Positions 11,515 to 25,400 of a DNA stretch of 64,000 nucleotides are shown piece after piece. Position numbers and translations under genes: made by a program. The notes beneath the pieces are model-generated. The model was not told where the DNA came from and ran no database searches. It saw only the letters and a program-made list of their open reading frames with translations. This stretch comes from Selaginella moellendorffii (lineage: Eukaryota > Plantae > Lycopodiophyta), in assembly GCF_000143415.4 (NCBI RefSeq), contig NW_003314329.1, forward strand, positions 515,421 through 579,420. The letters are read 5' to 3'. Within the stretch, counting starts at the first letter, position 1; each line of letters opens with the position of its first letter.

Positions 11515-13574
11515 TTGTTGTGCATTTCTGAACAGGCGAGGAATTGCATTCTTCTTCCAGCCACTGTCAATGTGGATGCAGAGAAGGGGGAGGAGCTCAC
11601 CAGTTGGACTTTCGGGATGGAAGGCAAGGATCTGAGGCTGTACAACACAGATGGTGGGAGAAAAGAATGCATGGGGATCCTCATCCAAGTGACAGACACT
11701 CCATGCAGTTCCATGCAAGAATATGGACTGGCACTTGTGGTAGAGACAACGTCCGCCTTCAAGATCCACCTTGCACATCCTAGCGGCTTCCCGGAGGGGG
11801 GCAGCGGCTATGAGGAATTCCTAGAGGGAGCTAGGGAAAGGTTGTCCAGGAGGCCCACAATTTCAAAGATGCTGCGGGTCTATGAAGATCACATGGAATC
11901 CACGGACCTCACCTACGGCGATGTTCAAAAACTATATTGAGCCGTTGAGAGTGACTCTAGTTCGCGAAGCGAAGGGGAAGGGGGTCGATCTGGAAACTAC
12001 CCCGAAGCAGAAAAGGGTGGTCAAGCTCAAGCCGACGTCCGACTCTCCTGCTCCAAAAAAGAAGCTACTCGGTGATGCCATTGCCTCGGGTTCGAACACT
12101 ACACCCACCAAAAAGAAGAGCCGCAAAGAGCAGAAAGAGCAAGAAGAGGCAACAAAAATCGTTGCAGATAATAGTACTTGTTACTATTCCAACAAAGTAT
12201 ATACAATCGACGTGAGCCACATCGACATCCAAAGCAAATACAACAACAGGCTAGTATCTCATAAGTGGGTGGAGAAACTGAAGCAGAAGATGTTGGCAAG
12301 TCCAGTAACACCCGACATCGCAGACGTGATCCCCTACTACCGAACAATGAAGGGCGAGACGAGGTTTCCAGACTTGATCAATAGGAAGGTGTTGGACGAT
12401 CAGAACATCCGGTTCTATGCCGTCTCTGGGCAGCATTCTAGCTTGGCGATGCAAGAGATAGTTGTGGATATTATAGTGGGCGAGGAGGTGAAGAAAGTCT
12501 TCAAGACAAGAGTTGTCCGCCTGATAAAAGGCAACTCGCCCCTCCAATCTATCATATACATCTCCCACGCGCAGAATGTCAAGCAAGAAACGTGCTACAA
12601 ATCGGGTTTGTACGAGACATTGGCACGAACACGGAAGCTCTGGGTTCAACTGAAGAAGCCACAAAAACCAGGACAAGGACGTGCACTAGCAACTAGCACT
12701 TGGCAGGTAAGCCTTGTTGCATGTGGCATAGCATGTGGCCTCACGCCATTTCCATTGCAGGAATTCTCGAGTCTTCTCTCGAAAACACTGGGGGTCAATG
12801 ACACACTCAGCATCCATAACATTCTACTCGCGACAAAAGTTGTTTTTGACAAATGGGTAGATGTGCTGAGGAGGTACCATGATGGGGAGTTGCTAAACTC
12901 AATGGGTGTGGAGGATGGCCGGAAGCCCAATGATTTGAAGCTCAACGCCTTGCGTTTCTTGCGGTCTCTAGACGACGACAACCTTCTGACAGTGGCTAAT
13001 GCTCTTCTACGTAGAGGATTACCATTTGACTTTCTCCTAACGCAGGAGGATTGCTTGACTATGGTCCATGTGAGGGGTAGCAAGCCCATCTTTGTCAAGC
13101 CAGAGGCTGTAGTGATGAACCGGACTACTAGGTCAAATGAAATCCTCATCATCAATGACTCGCCGATTAAAACTGCAGCGAACACGCGTGCACCCCATCT
13201 CTTGCAGTATGGAAACTAGGGAGAAGAAACCGTATATTCTGGGGGACTTTGCAAAACGGCTTGGAGCGATGGTGATAGAGAACCGGCCAGTCCAGGAGGT
13301 GGCTGCAGAAATCAACCAAATGGCAGATGGAACGGTATATCAGAAGCCATTTGATCGGACAGACACCAGTCATCATTTATGGCATGTATATTGTCTAGCC
13401 AAGCACTATCCTCCATAATTTGCTCAACCGGATGGGTTCATCGACCACTGAACATGAGCGTGGACGTATTAGAGAAGAGATGGCATTACTATTGGGTTTA
13501 AATCCTGATAGTGTGGAGAGTGATGAAATTCCAAGATTATTGTATAGGCGTTGGAGGCAAAAAATAATAGTCTG
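11515..13574 (+). pseudogene. Deleted and frameshifted copy of the ParB-like/MTase-like/FCP1-like cargo gene (copy 1)
   Basis: ORFs 11515..11940, 11882..13219 and 13137..13418 match 46060..48618 and 43211..44122 in reverse. A junction at ~13010-13017 fuses NALLR to LPFDFLL. 54-nt GT-AG intron at 12707-12760. Confidence 0.8.
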
Positions 13575-13993
13575 AGATGGCATGTATTTATTTAAAAATG
13601 TAACTTATTATGGCATGGGGTTCCATGCCATTGTATTAATATTAAAAGACAATTTTTTGAGAGGATTTGCATTATACTAGAAGTGTTACAGCATGTTATT
13701 GGAAGTCTATGAAGTTGTTTTATTAATAAGGGGAAAGTAAAGATTGAATGGGGACTTGGGCTCCACCTAGACTCGGAGCAACTGAGCCAATATTAAAAGG
13801 ATGGAAAGAAATTGGACGACGATGACAAGGAGAAGAAAGAGGTGAAGCAGTGGCAGGGGGAGGAGAAGTGATTGAGTAGACATTTCCTTGTTTTAAATAA
13901 AATGGCATGTGCCTCAATGCAGTTGAATTTTGTTATATTTATATACTATATAAAGGTTTGGAAACCTTATTTTACAAGTGGGATAATGACAAT

Positions 13994-14017
13994 TCCCACT
14001 TTAACGAAATAGAGCTT
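13994..14017 (-). repeat. Terminal inverted repeat (cargo-gene end) of DNA transposon copy 1
   Basis: Reverse complement AAGCTCTATTTCGTTAAAGTGGGA is identical to 42769-42792; homology to copy 3 stops here. Confidence 0.8.
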
Positions 14018-15396
14018 TCTTTATGGACACTCTTTTCATACTGCCACGATGACAGGAGGTTGGTATTGCTGGACCCTTTATTAGTCCATCTTGTGCTAGT
14101 GGAGTTAATTGGGTATATCGAGTGTACTTAGACCGGCCAAGCATAAGGGCGGAATTTCTATGTGTTATTAGCTAAGCATACTTAGCCAGGTAAAGAGTTC
14201 CCATTTCATTATGTCTTGCATTGGCTAGTGACAAGAACCCTTATATATTGAGACTAGTCCCCTCAATATTGCTAGATAATAGCTTACCGTGTCTACCAAA
14301 GACCCTCACTATCATGCCCTTTGTGTTACTCTCATTTCGGTCCTAAATGCTATTTATGAAAAGTGTCTAGATTTGCTCATTTGGCATATCTACGGAATAT
14401 AGAGATTTTCCTAAACACAATGGTGTTTGTCCCATGTCCACAGTCACAATCTAGGGTTATTCCATATTCAATAAATTTCAAGCTTGTCCCAAAGACTAAC
14501 TCCTGGTACTAAAGGAGGTTTGGGGTGAAAGCCTAAAGTGTGTGTTCCTCAAGGGGGGGGGGGGGCTATTATGATTCCAAATGTATAGTAGGGATAGCAG
14601 GTAAGTTGGGCATAGCAGACCAACCTGAGACATAGTTTCACTCCCACTTGCATGCTTGTCCTTGTTCTGCATCCGGCTTGGGTCTAAGCCCAAATTCCAC
14701 GCCATGCTAGCTGGTGGAGTACCCATATCCTTGTATTAAGCCACCAATATGCTGAAATAACGCTATACTCTGTTTAGTTCGGTTTTGCATACTGGTCCTG
14801 GCATTGGGATGTTGGATGCTCTAGGACTATTCCAAGTTGCTCTACACTCCTGTCCCTTTGCTCCTTGGGCTGTACATTCGAGAGTCGTTCCATGCTCTAG
14901 TGCCATTGCTCCTTAGCTTCATGCTTGGGAGTTTGGCACCGTTCTATCGTTTAATGGCCCAAGGCCCTGAAACTTGGGTTCCGCACCACTATCTTTTGGA
15001 CACGTGGCATGTGACATGTGGCATATAGAGGGTTAGGTTCCGCTTCGTGGTTATCTTATGGTAAATAACTATAAGATAAAGGGTAAAAACCACATGCGCT
15101 ACAAAAATGGACTATGATGCAGGTGGTGTTGGATCACTAGTATAACAAAGGTGGATGGGCATGGCCTCAGTGTAACGGGCTGATATACCAATGGTACTTT
15201 TGGGTGTCAGTCATGAGATCAAACATGTGGAGCACTTGGATCAAGTGCAAAGGTTGAATGGTATAGATGCCATTCTCGAGGCTAATAAATCCCCAAGTTC
15301 GGAATAAAATTTATGGAGGTTGTGAGTGAGACTTTTTTATATAATCAAAGGTGTGGTTAAATGACTAAAGTAGAATGGAAAATTTAATCACTTACA
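14018..15396 (+). mobile_element. Diverged, partial LTR related to the A and E families
   Basis: 14522-14600 resembles the ggtgaaagcccaaag...G-run...ccaaaagtatagtagggatag LTR core. 15115-15396 resembles the A-family LTR 3' end and terminates ...aatcacttaca. Confidence 0.55.
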
Positions 15397-15984
15397 TGTA
15401 AGCGACTAAATTTTCCATTCTACTTTAGTCACTTAACCACACCTCTAACCACTTGGAGGAGTCTCATTCACAACCTCCTTAAGTCCAATTCAGGACTTGG
15501 GACTTGCTAGTCCCGAGAATGGCATCTATGCCATTCAACCCTTGCACTTGGTCCAAATGCTCCACATGTCCAGTCCCAAGACCAACACCCAAAGGTACCA
15601 CTGACATAGCAGCCTGTTACGCTAAGGCTATGCCCATTCACCTTTGCCGCACTGGTGGTCCAATACCACTTGCATCACAATCCCGTCTCTCCAAGACAGG
15701 GCCGTCCGTCCATGAGTGGTCATCCCAGATCCACTCCTTAGCATCCTTAGGGTGCCCACAGACATGGGGAATAGCCTTCCCCAACACCCCTTTGTCAGTT
15801 CCTGCCAAGTTCCTTTTTCGTCCATGGCCATGTTCACCAACACTGCCACTAGATCAAGGCCCGCAGGCCCGGCCACTAAGTCCCATTGTCCTCTGGGACT
15901 TCCTCACCATGTGACCGTATCTGTAGTCACTATGCTAGAGGATTGCTCCTCCTCCTTTCCCCCACTTGGGACTTCGAGACAACA

Positions 15985-18900
15985 AGGGGGAGGACTGTAG
16001 TGGAGCCAGTTTGGCCAGGAAAGGCCAGTTTGGCCCAGGAAGGCTGTACCCATTGTTGGGTGATGAGCTTCCCACTGGGAAGTCCAAGACTAGAGTGAAC
16101 ACAGACCGACAAGTGGGGTAGCTTGGTAAAGTGTTCAAGAGCCGGCTCTAGTTCCCCCGGGAGATCGACTGGCCGATGCTCCCAGTTCAAGTGTGGGTGG
16201 CACTACCTACTTGGATACCAGGCGTGGCTCAACGGAACCTCGCTCTAAGCCCATGGCTAGAGCACCCAAAGGCAGAAGGCAGGGAGAGTACCCAGGTGGC
16301 TTGCGTAAGGCCACAGTATTCCGAAGGGTTGTCCCCAAGTCCCAGACTGTGGAAAGGAAAAGGAGCAGTCCTTTGGTGTGGTGGCCAAGGATACGGTCAC
16401 GTGGTGAGGAAGTCCCAGAGGACCATGGGACTTAGTGGTCAAGCCTGTGGGCCTCGATCCAATGGCAGTGTTGGCAAACATGGCCAAGGGCAAAAAGGGA
16501 CTTAGTGGGGACTGACAGAGGGATATTGGGGAAGGCTATTCCCCTTGTCGGTGGGCATCCTAAGGATGCTAAGGAGTGGATCTAGGATGACCACTCACGG
16601 ATGGTTGGCCCAGTCTTGGAGAGACAAGATCGTGTTGCAAGTGGTATTGGACTACCAGTGCAGCAAAGGTGATTGGGCATGGCCTTAGCGTAACAGGCTG
16701 CTATATCGGTGGTACTTTTGAGTGTCGGTCATGGGATCGGACACGTGGAGCACTTGGACCAAGTGCAAGGGTTGAGTGGCATGGATGCCATTCTTGGGGC
16801 TAGCAAGTCCCAAGTCCTGAAATGGGACTTATGGAGGTTGTGAATGAGACTCCTCCAAGTGGTCGGAAGTGTGGTTAAGTGACTAAAGTAGAATGGAAAA
16901 ATTAGTCACTTACAACTTGGTATCAGAGCTGTTCCTTAGTCCAACTTTTATTGGTGCTGAAGTATATCACCACTAGTGTTGGCATTGGAAGGTCCTAGGA
17001 GTGGGCTTGTCCTTGAGGAGTAGCAAGTCGGGAAGACATGGCTCTCCACTTTAGTTCCCGTGTGAACTTGTAGGGAAGGTGGTGGAGAGAAAAGGGCCAA
17101 TAAGGGAAGGACTTTAGGATCTTGGGAACAGTATAAGGGTTTCCTCAAAGAGTTGAGGATGTGATCCAGATGAGCGTTTGACGTAGCAAACGGGCTAATA
17201 TAGTTGTGGTAAACAACTATAGTTGGGATCACGGAAAAGATGCAAACTCCAAAACAATAAAGCAGTCACAAGATTACCCTCATATAGTTGAGGCTGGTGC
17301 TCATAACTTTGAGACCGGAATTGATGACCATGGAAGGTCAAATACAGAAGAGGACACAAGTCCTCGAAATGGTAGCCGAGGCTACCCTTGATAAATGTTG
17401 GAACAACCCAAAGAGTTGGGGATGTACTTAGAGGATGAGTGGTATTCTCATCATATGGACAAATAGTCCTAATGGGCAAAGGTTGCCCCTAGAGAACAAA
17501 ATCAAGTGTCAGAGTAACACTTGTGAAAATAGTCCTTGTGAGTAGGACATAAATGCAAGAAGTTGTATTCTAGTGAGCTGGTGCCTCACAAGTAGGACCT
17601 TATGGGTCTATGGATTAACCAAGTCCAAAACTGCTGGATGACTCAAGTAGAGTCAAGGAATCGTCCTAAAGGACTGATGGAAGCATTTGGATTGAGGTGT
17701 GTTATACCCCATGAAGGATGGGGGGGATCATAGGATCTAAGGATGAGAATAGAGGGTATCTCATCAATGGCAGAATGTGCCATGCTAAAGTCGTGGGAAA
17801 GGTGTTCCCCAAAAAGAAAGCAACTTTGGCATAAAGTTGTGTGTGCACTATGGTGCAGTGCTAACTGATAGTTGGCATGAAAAATGACTGCTTTAGACTT
17901 GGCAAAGACCTAGACACAAGTAAGAAGTGTCATAGAGGTAAGCTCGTGGAGCCAATGGTGTGGAGACACCAAATGTGCCAACGTGTGATACCTTGAGGTT
18001 ATGATTGTGGGTTCATAAGAACCCCTTGCCAAGGGAATACCAACGGAAGCGGGAATGGCATGGCCTAAGCTGGAAGGCATGCGGTTAGAGTGTGGTGACC
18101 TAGATAATGATGGAGGTGTGGAAGCACCAAGCAATGAATTATAAGACTTGACAACTATGGGGCAACTAAGCAAGAGGTGTAAAGATAATTGGTTAAACGG
18201 GTAGAAGGTAGCTACCCAAGACTTCTAAATGGCATAAGGAAGTTAGATATACCCTTACAGAGGATAACTTGCTTATGTTGCGATATAGTGAGTCAATGTC
18301 ATAAAAGGAAATGCTCATTGTTAAGGAGACCATCATTAGGACACCCAAACACTCTAGAACACCAGGAGGTGGTGTTTAGTGTTGCAAGGGCAATAGATAA
18401 GGCCCAAGGGACTAAGTCCCTTGCAAATGATGGATAAAAGGTGCTATCCAAATGTCCAAGGTTGCGGAGACGGGAGAAGACTGTCTACCCGAATTGGACA
18501 AAGCCAAAAATGGAATTTTGGCAAGGTTAGTGATGGGCATGTAAAGGCCCATAAGCAACAACGTTAATCCTGGTGTGTGGGATTATAAGATGAGCATACC
18601 TGGATTGAGGAACCACTCCCTAGGCTGTCGGGTAGGTTCATCCCCAAGAATACTTGCTAAGGCATGGTAGAAAGTGCAAAGTTATCCTCCTAGTTTGGAG
18701 GCAAATAACCGAAGGAAAGGTGTGAAGCCAAAAAACAAGTAGTAAGGGGTTAGAACCGAACCATAGGAATCGAAAGGCATAACCAAGGTTGGTTATGCCA
18801 GCTGAGAGTGGAGAATCAAGTGGGGGCTCGAGGGTGTTATTGCTAGCAATCGTGATGCCATGGAGAATCTAAAATATAGAGTTGTCCATGTTAGACTATA

Positions 18901-21900
18901 TGGCAACTATAAAGCTTGCGTAAAGGGAGGCCTTAGCAAGCTAAGGGACAGAGTTCCTTCAAAGTTCCCAAAGACGATTCTAGGTAGCTTAGTACCTAGA
19001 AAAGCCAAGTGTAAATGGTTCATGGAACGCGCGAAACCAGAGTGGCGCAGCAAAAGCGTGGTCTTGAAGCTTGCCAAAATGCAAGGCTATCAAGGTTAGG
19101 GAAGTAGTTCCCGAGTGTTCAAAGAGAAGGCTTTGAACGAAAGTCAATGGTCAAGGACTTTCACGCTTATGCAAGAACCATGTTACGGTGGTCGGAGGAC
19201 TTGCCAAGCGCGATTGGCAAGTCGGGGGAACAAATACCCTAGTTGAACGTGATAACTTCATAAAGGGGGGCCATGGGGCCAAGCATGGAGGAGTCCATGC
19301 ATGATCACAGACTTGTTAAGTGAGAGGACTTGGCAGTGTGGAGGAACTAGGTTCTTAAGATGTGATCTATAGCGCGCTTTAAGTTGGTGCACCGGCATGG
19401 GGAGTCACGCCAGGCATCCGGTGTGATGCCGTCCGTAGATGCATATACAGAGGTTGGGTTCAAGTCCCGACCCTCTAGTGCTTGGGTTCGAGTCCCAAAT
19501 CACTAGGGCGTGGTGATGGTTTGGAATATAAGGATACTCATATTTTGGTGGTTATGGACTCTCAGTGAGGAGACTGGCTTGGGCACACCGCCAAGTGGGG
19601 GATGCTCCGGAATCGTGATGCACGGTTAGATTGCTTAGAGTGAAAGCTCGGCATATCTAACTTGAACACTTTGGTGCAAAGGGCACCAAGGACGTGATGA
19701 ATGAGATGGGGACACCCATTCTCAGTTGCTATGGATCCTTGGCCGGAAGGGCTGACTTGGGCACACCACCAAGTGTGGGGGATGCCCCCAGGGTCATAGT
19801 CAACAATTTAAAAGGGTCTGGAAGACCTAGTTCCTATTGGTAGATCTATTAAGGGGTCAAGATGAGATCACTAAGTGATCTTGTGGCTAAACAAAGACAA
19901 AGTTTTTGTTTGGGTTAAGGGATATGGTTTTTAGTTTAAAGTGTTGATTTGAACTATTGATAAAAGTGTGGCTTGGTCAAGGTGACCAAGTGGGAAGAGC
20001 ACCTATGGGAAATGAGCTATGTCACTGCTATGGCATAGTAAGTCCGAGGAAAGTAGTCTCTATAAGAGATCCAAGGGAGGGTCTCAAGAGTTGGGCTGTA
20101 GATAGAGCCCACAGTAGGAAATGTTAAAGAGACGTACTAGGGGTGAACACCCTCTGGACTTGGCAAAAAGCAAAGTGTTTGCTAATGGAACTGAAAGAAA
20201 ACCTCGAAAATGGAGGTAACGATCCTATGTTGCTGGGTACAACAATCAAGGATAGGAGCAAAAAACTAGTGGCTAAGAAAAAAGCCATGGAAATCATGGG
20301 AAATAATCCAAATGGCAAAGTTAGGCCGAGAATACCAATGTGTTAGGTGCTAACGGATTGTGGGAAAGACAATGTTTAACCAAGGATGGATTCCCAACCG
20401 CTTTGATTTGGCGAAAGTAGATGCTCCAAAGGGGGGAGCAGTAAGGTAGCCAAATAATAGGGCGGTGGGCAGCCCTAGCACCAATTATGATAACTGGAAC
20501 TTAGTGCCAAAGGTGGCACGATATCGAAGAGAGGATGATGGTACCCTCAAGTAAAGAACTTCCTAGGATGGGGAAGCAGAGTTGCACAAAAGGTGCAAAG
20601 CAAGGTGTTGGAGACACCTAGGAAATTGACTCCAAGAAGTCAAAATTAAAAGTTCCAAAGTGCAAAGGTTATATCGATGGGAACTGAGACTACTCAAGTA
20701 AGAGTAATGAGAATTGAGTTAGAGAAGATGTCTCTAATAGGTTTAGCAAGAACTGAACCAATAAAAAGGAGTAAGCCACCCCAGGTGGTCGAATAAGTCT
20801 CCATGTTGGAAAGACTATGCTCCTTAGAGGATAGACAAGGCATGGTGAGCCTTTGGGGTCAAACCATAAACAAATATTGGCTGGGTGCCAAGGATGGAAA
20901 TGGTAATACTTGCAAGTGTTACTTTATAAAAGGGTTTACCGTTCGATGAGGACATCGAACTTTGTCTATGGGTGGTGGAGTTGTGAGACACAAAATCCCT
21001 ATGCCCAAAAGTGGAGCCGGAAGGGTGCCACGTGGTAGTGGCCGAAGCGAAAGCCAAATGAGCGTAACACGTTTGGACTAAAAGCTCCAACTTGAAAGGT
21101 CGAGAGCGGGAGTGGAACTCCCAACAAAGTGCTCGAGGAACAAGCACGAAGCGAGCAATAAGCGAGGCTCCAAAAAGGGACCCAAAAGGAGCAACACATG
21201 ACACGTGGAAGTGTTTGAGATGGAGTCCGAGATGGACTAAGATGGAGTCCGAGATGAAGTCCGAGGTGGAGTCCGAGATGGAGTCCGAGATGGAGTCCGA
21301 GGTGGAGTCTGAGGTGGAGTCCGAGATGGAGTCCAAGATGGACTGAGACGGAGTCCGAGATGGAGTCCGAGGTGGGGTCTGAGATGGAGTCCGAGATGGA
21401 GTCTGAAGTGGAGTCCAAGATGGAGTCTGAGATGGAGTCCGAGATGGACCGAGACAGAGTCCGAGATGGAGTCCGAGATGGACCAAGACAGAGTTCGAGA
21501 TGGAGTCTGAGATGGACTGAGACGGAGTCCGAGATGGAGTTCGAGATGGACCCAAAATGGAATCCGAGATGGAGTTCGAGAAGGACCCGAGATGGAGTCC
21601 GAGGTCGAGACCGAGACTGGGACCGAGACCGGGACCAAGACCGAAACCGAGACCGGGACCAGGACCGAGACCGAGGCAGAGGCCGAGACCGAGACCGAGC
21701 CCGAGTCCGAGTCTGAGTCCGAGTCTGAGTCCGAGTCCAAGTTTGAGTCCGAGCCCGAGTTCGAGTCTGAGAGGGTGAAAGCCCAAAGCGTTCGTCTCCC
21801 AGACCCTAGGGGTTTGGTGAGCTCCAAAAGTATAGTAAGGGGGAGGACTGCAATGGAGCCAGTTTGGCCAGGAAAGGCCAGTTTGGCCCAGGAAGGCTGT

Positions 21901-22341
21901 ACCCATTGTTGGGTGATGAGCTGCCCACTGGGAAGTCCAAGACTAGAGTGAACACAGACCGACAAGTCGGGTAGCTTGGTAAAGTGTTCAAGAGCCGGCT
22001 CTAGTTCCCCCGGGAGATTGACTGGCCGATGCTCCCAGTTCAAGTGTGGGTGACACTACCTACTTGGATATCAGGTGTGGCTCAACGGAACCTTGCTCTA
22101 AGCCCATGGCTAGAGCACCCAAAGGCGGAAGGCGGGGAGAGTACCCAGGTGGCTCTCGTAAGGCCACGGTGTTCCGAAGGGTTGTCCCCAAGTCCCAGAC
22201 TGTGGAAAGGAAAAGGAGCAATCCTTTGGTGTGGTGGCCAAGGATACGGTCATGTGGTGACGAAGTCCTAGAGGACCATGGGACTTAGTGGTCAGGCCTG
22301 TGGGCCTCGATCCAATGGCAGTGTTGGCAAACATGGCCAGG
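15985..22341 (+). mobile_element. Element B: A-family non-autonomous LTR element with both LTRs truncated
   Basis: Partial 5' LTR 15985-16914, PBS tggtatcagagc 16918-16929, 4 kb interior homologous to A, PPT, and 3' LTR from 20982 broken at ~22341. Confidence 0.85.
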
Positions 22342-22484
22342 TGACCAGGTGATCTCATCTTGACCCCTTAACAGGTCTACCAATAGGAACTAAGTCTTCC
22401 AGACCCTTTTAAATTGTTGACTATGACCCCAGGGGCATCCCCCACACTTGGCGATGTGCCCAAGGCAGCCCTTCCGGCCAAGGA

Positions 22485-25400
22485 TGTTATGATCCGGCGC
22501 AAAAAGACAAAGATCTCGTTGCCCTAGACTATGCTACGCCACCTCTTGAGGTTCCTCACCACCCAACCACCCCCGAGCTACCTCAAAAGCTCCACTTCGC
22601 CGCCGCTCCACCGTGAGCCCTAGGGTAGGTCCCTTACCCTAACATGCCTTAATATACCCTTGAGCCTCCCTTTCACCGACGTTGACCACGTAGTCAAAGC
22701 TGGCGCCTAACAATTCTTCCCCCCCAACAAAGTCCTTGTCCCAAGGACGAGTTGTACTGGTGATCACCCTTTCTGGGGAATCCGGCTCAAGCTCCTAGTC
22801 CATCTTCCACAGCCGTATACATCAAGGAGGCATTGGGCCCGTCACTCCGAGATAGTACACCTTTCAACTGGCTGACATAAAATACCGGATGAATTTTCAC
22901 CCCAGCTGGCAGCCGCACCCGATAAGCCGCTTTACCAATGCGCTCCAGCACTTCATATGGACCAGCATATCGATGGGAGAGTTTATCACTCTTCCCTATC
23001 CGTAAAGGCACCAAGGTGTTCCGCCACTCACTTGACGGAAAGATCACTCGCACAAAGACAAGATCACCCACCTTATATTCCCAGAATTGGCGATGCTCAT
23101 TAGCAAACTTCTCCGCTCTATCCTGAGCTGCTTGCAAATTCCGTTTGCACACCACCAGAATCTCATCAAGTTTTGTGGCCAGATCAGTTGCCTCGGAATC
23201 AAGCTTTTCTTGAACGTCCTTACTCAAATGCAATCCCAACTCCACCGCTGTTCGAGGATGCCTTCCAAACATCGCAAAGTAAGGACTTAGCTTGGTTCCA
23301 CTGTGTTGGCTATTGTTGTAAGCAAATTGTACCAACGGAAGATATAGATCCCATTGTCCTTGCCTTTGACCAATGCTACAACGTAGCATATCCTCCAGCA
23401 CTTGATTCACACGCTCAGTTTGCCCATCCGTCTGAGGATGATCTCCACTCGAGAGTTTCAAAGTCACTTGCATAGCCTTTGCAAAGCTTTTCCAAAATCC
23501 ACTGGTGAACTTTGAATCTCGATCACTAATGATGTCCTCCGGCAAACCAAAATCAGGAAAAACCTTCTCCAAGTAAACCGCAGCCAAGTCTGAGGCAGTG
23601 ACAGTCTTCCGAAGAGCCAACAACCGCACATACTTTGTCAACCGATCCACTATGACCCATACTTGCTCCTTTTGCCTCTGTGTTCGTGGCAAACAAGTGA
23701 TGAAGTCCATAGAGATACTACACCAACGGCTCTGAGGAATAGGTAAAGGTTGCAAAAGTCCCCCCGGCTTCTCCCGTGGCACCTTAACCCGCTGACAAAG
23801 CTCGCATGATTTACAATACTTGAGGATATCAGCCTTCATATTCCTCCAATAAAAGTTGCGCTTAATCAACTCATACGTCTTCTTCCCCCCAAAATGACCG
23901 GCCTCTGGATGATCATGATAGTGGAATAAAACTTGAGTAATTAACGCATCCACCTGTGGCAAATAGACACGACCATTGTAGTAGAGAATCCCATCCACCA
24001 ATGAGAAAGGGGCTTCCATCTGGGCTCGCAAAGAGGCTACCTCAGCATCCTGAGCCTGAGCATGCTCAACCAATTGCCCAAACTCGCTGACCACCTTACT
24101 CAAATGATGACAAAATCGTGTTCGTAACATCGTTACATGACGAACACGAGATAAAGCATCCGCCACCACATTTGATTTTCCCGGACGATGCTCAATAGGA
24201 AACTCCCCAAACTCCATGAGTTTGACCATCCAACGAGCTTGCCTAGTGTTCAACTCCTTCTGTGTGAAAAGATACACAAGTGGTTTGTGATCTGTCAACA
24301 CCACGAACACTGCACCATAAAGATAGTGCCGCCACGTCCGCAAAGCATGAACAATAGAGAGTAACTCTTGCTCATATGTGGAATAGCGTTGCTCCGCGGA
24401 ATTCAAAGTTCGACTCTCATATGCAATAGGCTGTCCCTCTTGCATGAGAACTCCTCCCAGTGCATAACCACTCGCATCGCATGTCACCTCGTAAGGTTTC
24501 GATGGATCAGCAATGCGAAGCACTGGAGCCTCGCTCAACAATCGTTTCAGCGCCACAAAACTCTCCTCTTGTGGTGTCTTCCACTCGAATGGCACATTCT
24601 TATGTAACAACCGCGTCAAAGGAATAGCCACCTCTGCAAACTTATGCGGGAAACGTCGGTAGTAACTAGCCATACCAAGAAAACTGCGCAACTCAGCCAC
24701 TGTAGTCGGTGTAGGCCAGTTTTCCACCACAGCCACCTTCCTTGGATCTGTCTTGACACCCTTAGATGTCACAATATGGCCTAGATGTTCCACCTCCGAC
24801 TTTGCAAATTCACATTTGCTCTTCTTCGCATAAAGTTTGCTGTCTCGAAGTAACAAAAGAACCTGGCGCAAATGCACCCTATGCTCCTCCGTATTCTTGC
24901 TAAAAACAAGAATATCGTCGAAGAAAATCTCCACAAACTCATGAAGATAACGCCCAAAGACCTCCGTCATCAACCGAGTAAATGTGGCTGGTGCATTCGT
25001 CAAACCAAACGGCATAACTGTAAACTCAAAATGTCCGAAGCTTGTGTTGAATGCCGTCTTGGAGATAGATGCATCATCCATTGCAATCTGATGATATCCA
25101 CTCCTCAGATCAATCTTGGTAAACACTCGTGCTTCACCAAGCTTGTCTAGGATATCATCTACACGTGGCATCGGCATCTTATCCTTCACTGTCTTCTTGT
25201 TCAAAGCGCGGTAGTCAATACACATTCGCATTGAACCGTCCTTCTTCTTCACAAGCAAGACCGGAGCACCAAATGGAGACTTACTTGGCTAAATGAATCC
25301 AAACTCAAGTAACTCCTTGACTTGTCGTTGAACTTCTTGCTCCTCCGCAAAACTTAACCGAAATGGACGCCGGTAAATTGGCCGTGTCCCCGGCTCCAAT

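Larger units (their letters stand above)
1..14017 (-). mobile_element. DNA transposon copy 1 (DUF7869/Sola-like, TIR element); other end lies left of the window; interrupted by LTR element A; ~3.3 kb internal deletion
   Basis: 1-1045 matches 41677-42768 directly. 1100-3145 plus 10854-14017 match copy 3 (42769-51484, 59981-60380) in reverse. Ends in TIR tcccactttaacgaaatagagctt at 13994-14017. Strand given is that of the transposase. Confidence 0.85.

Noticed and set aside
25289-25291. Programmed stop-codon read-through between gag-PR and RT in element D
   Set aside because: The stop falls inside the conserved RT-start motif (GFIxPSKSP) and fits CAG>TAG decay; a second stop sits in gag.
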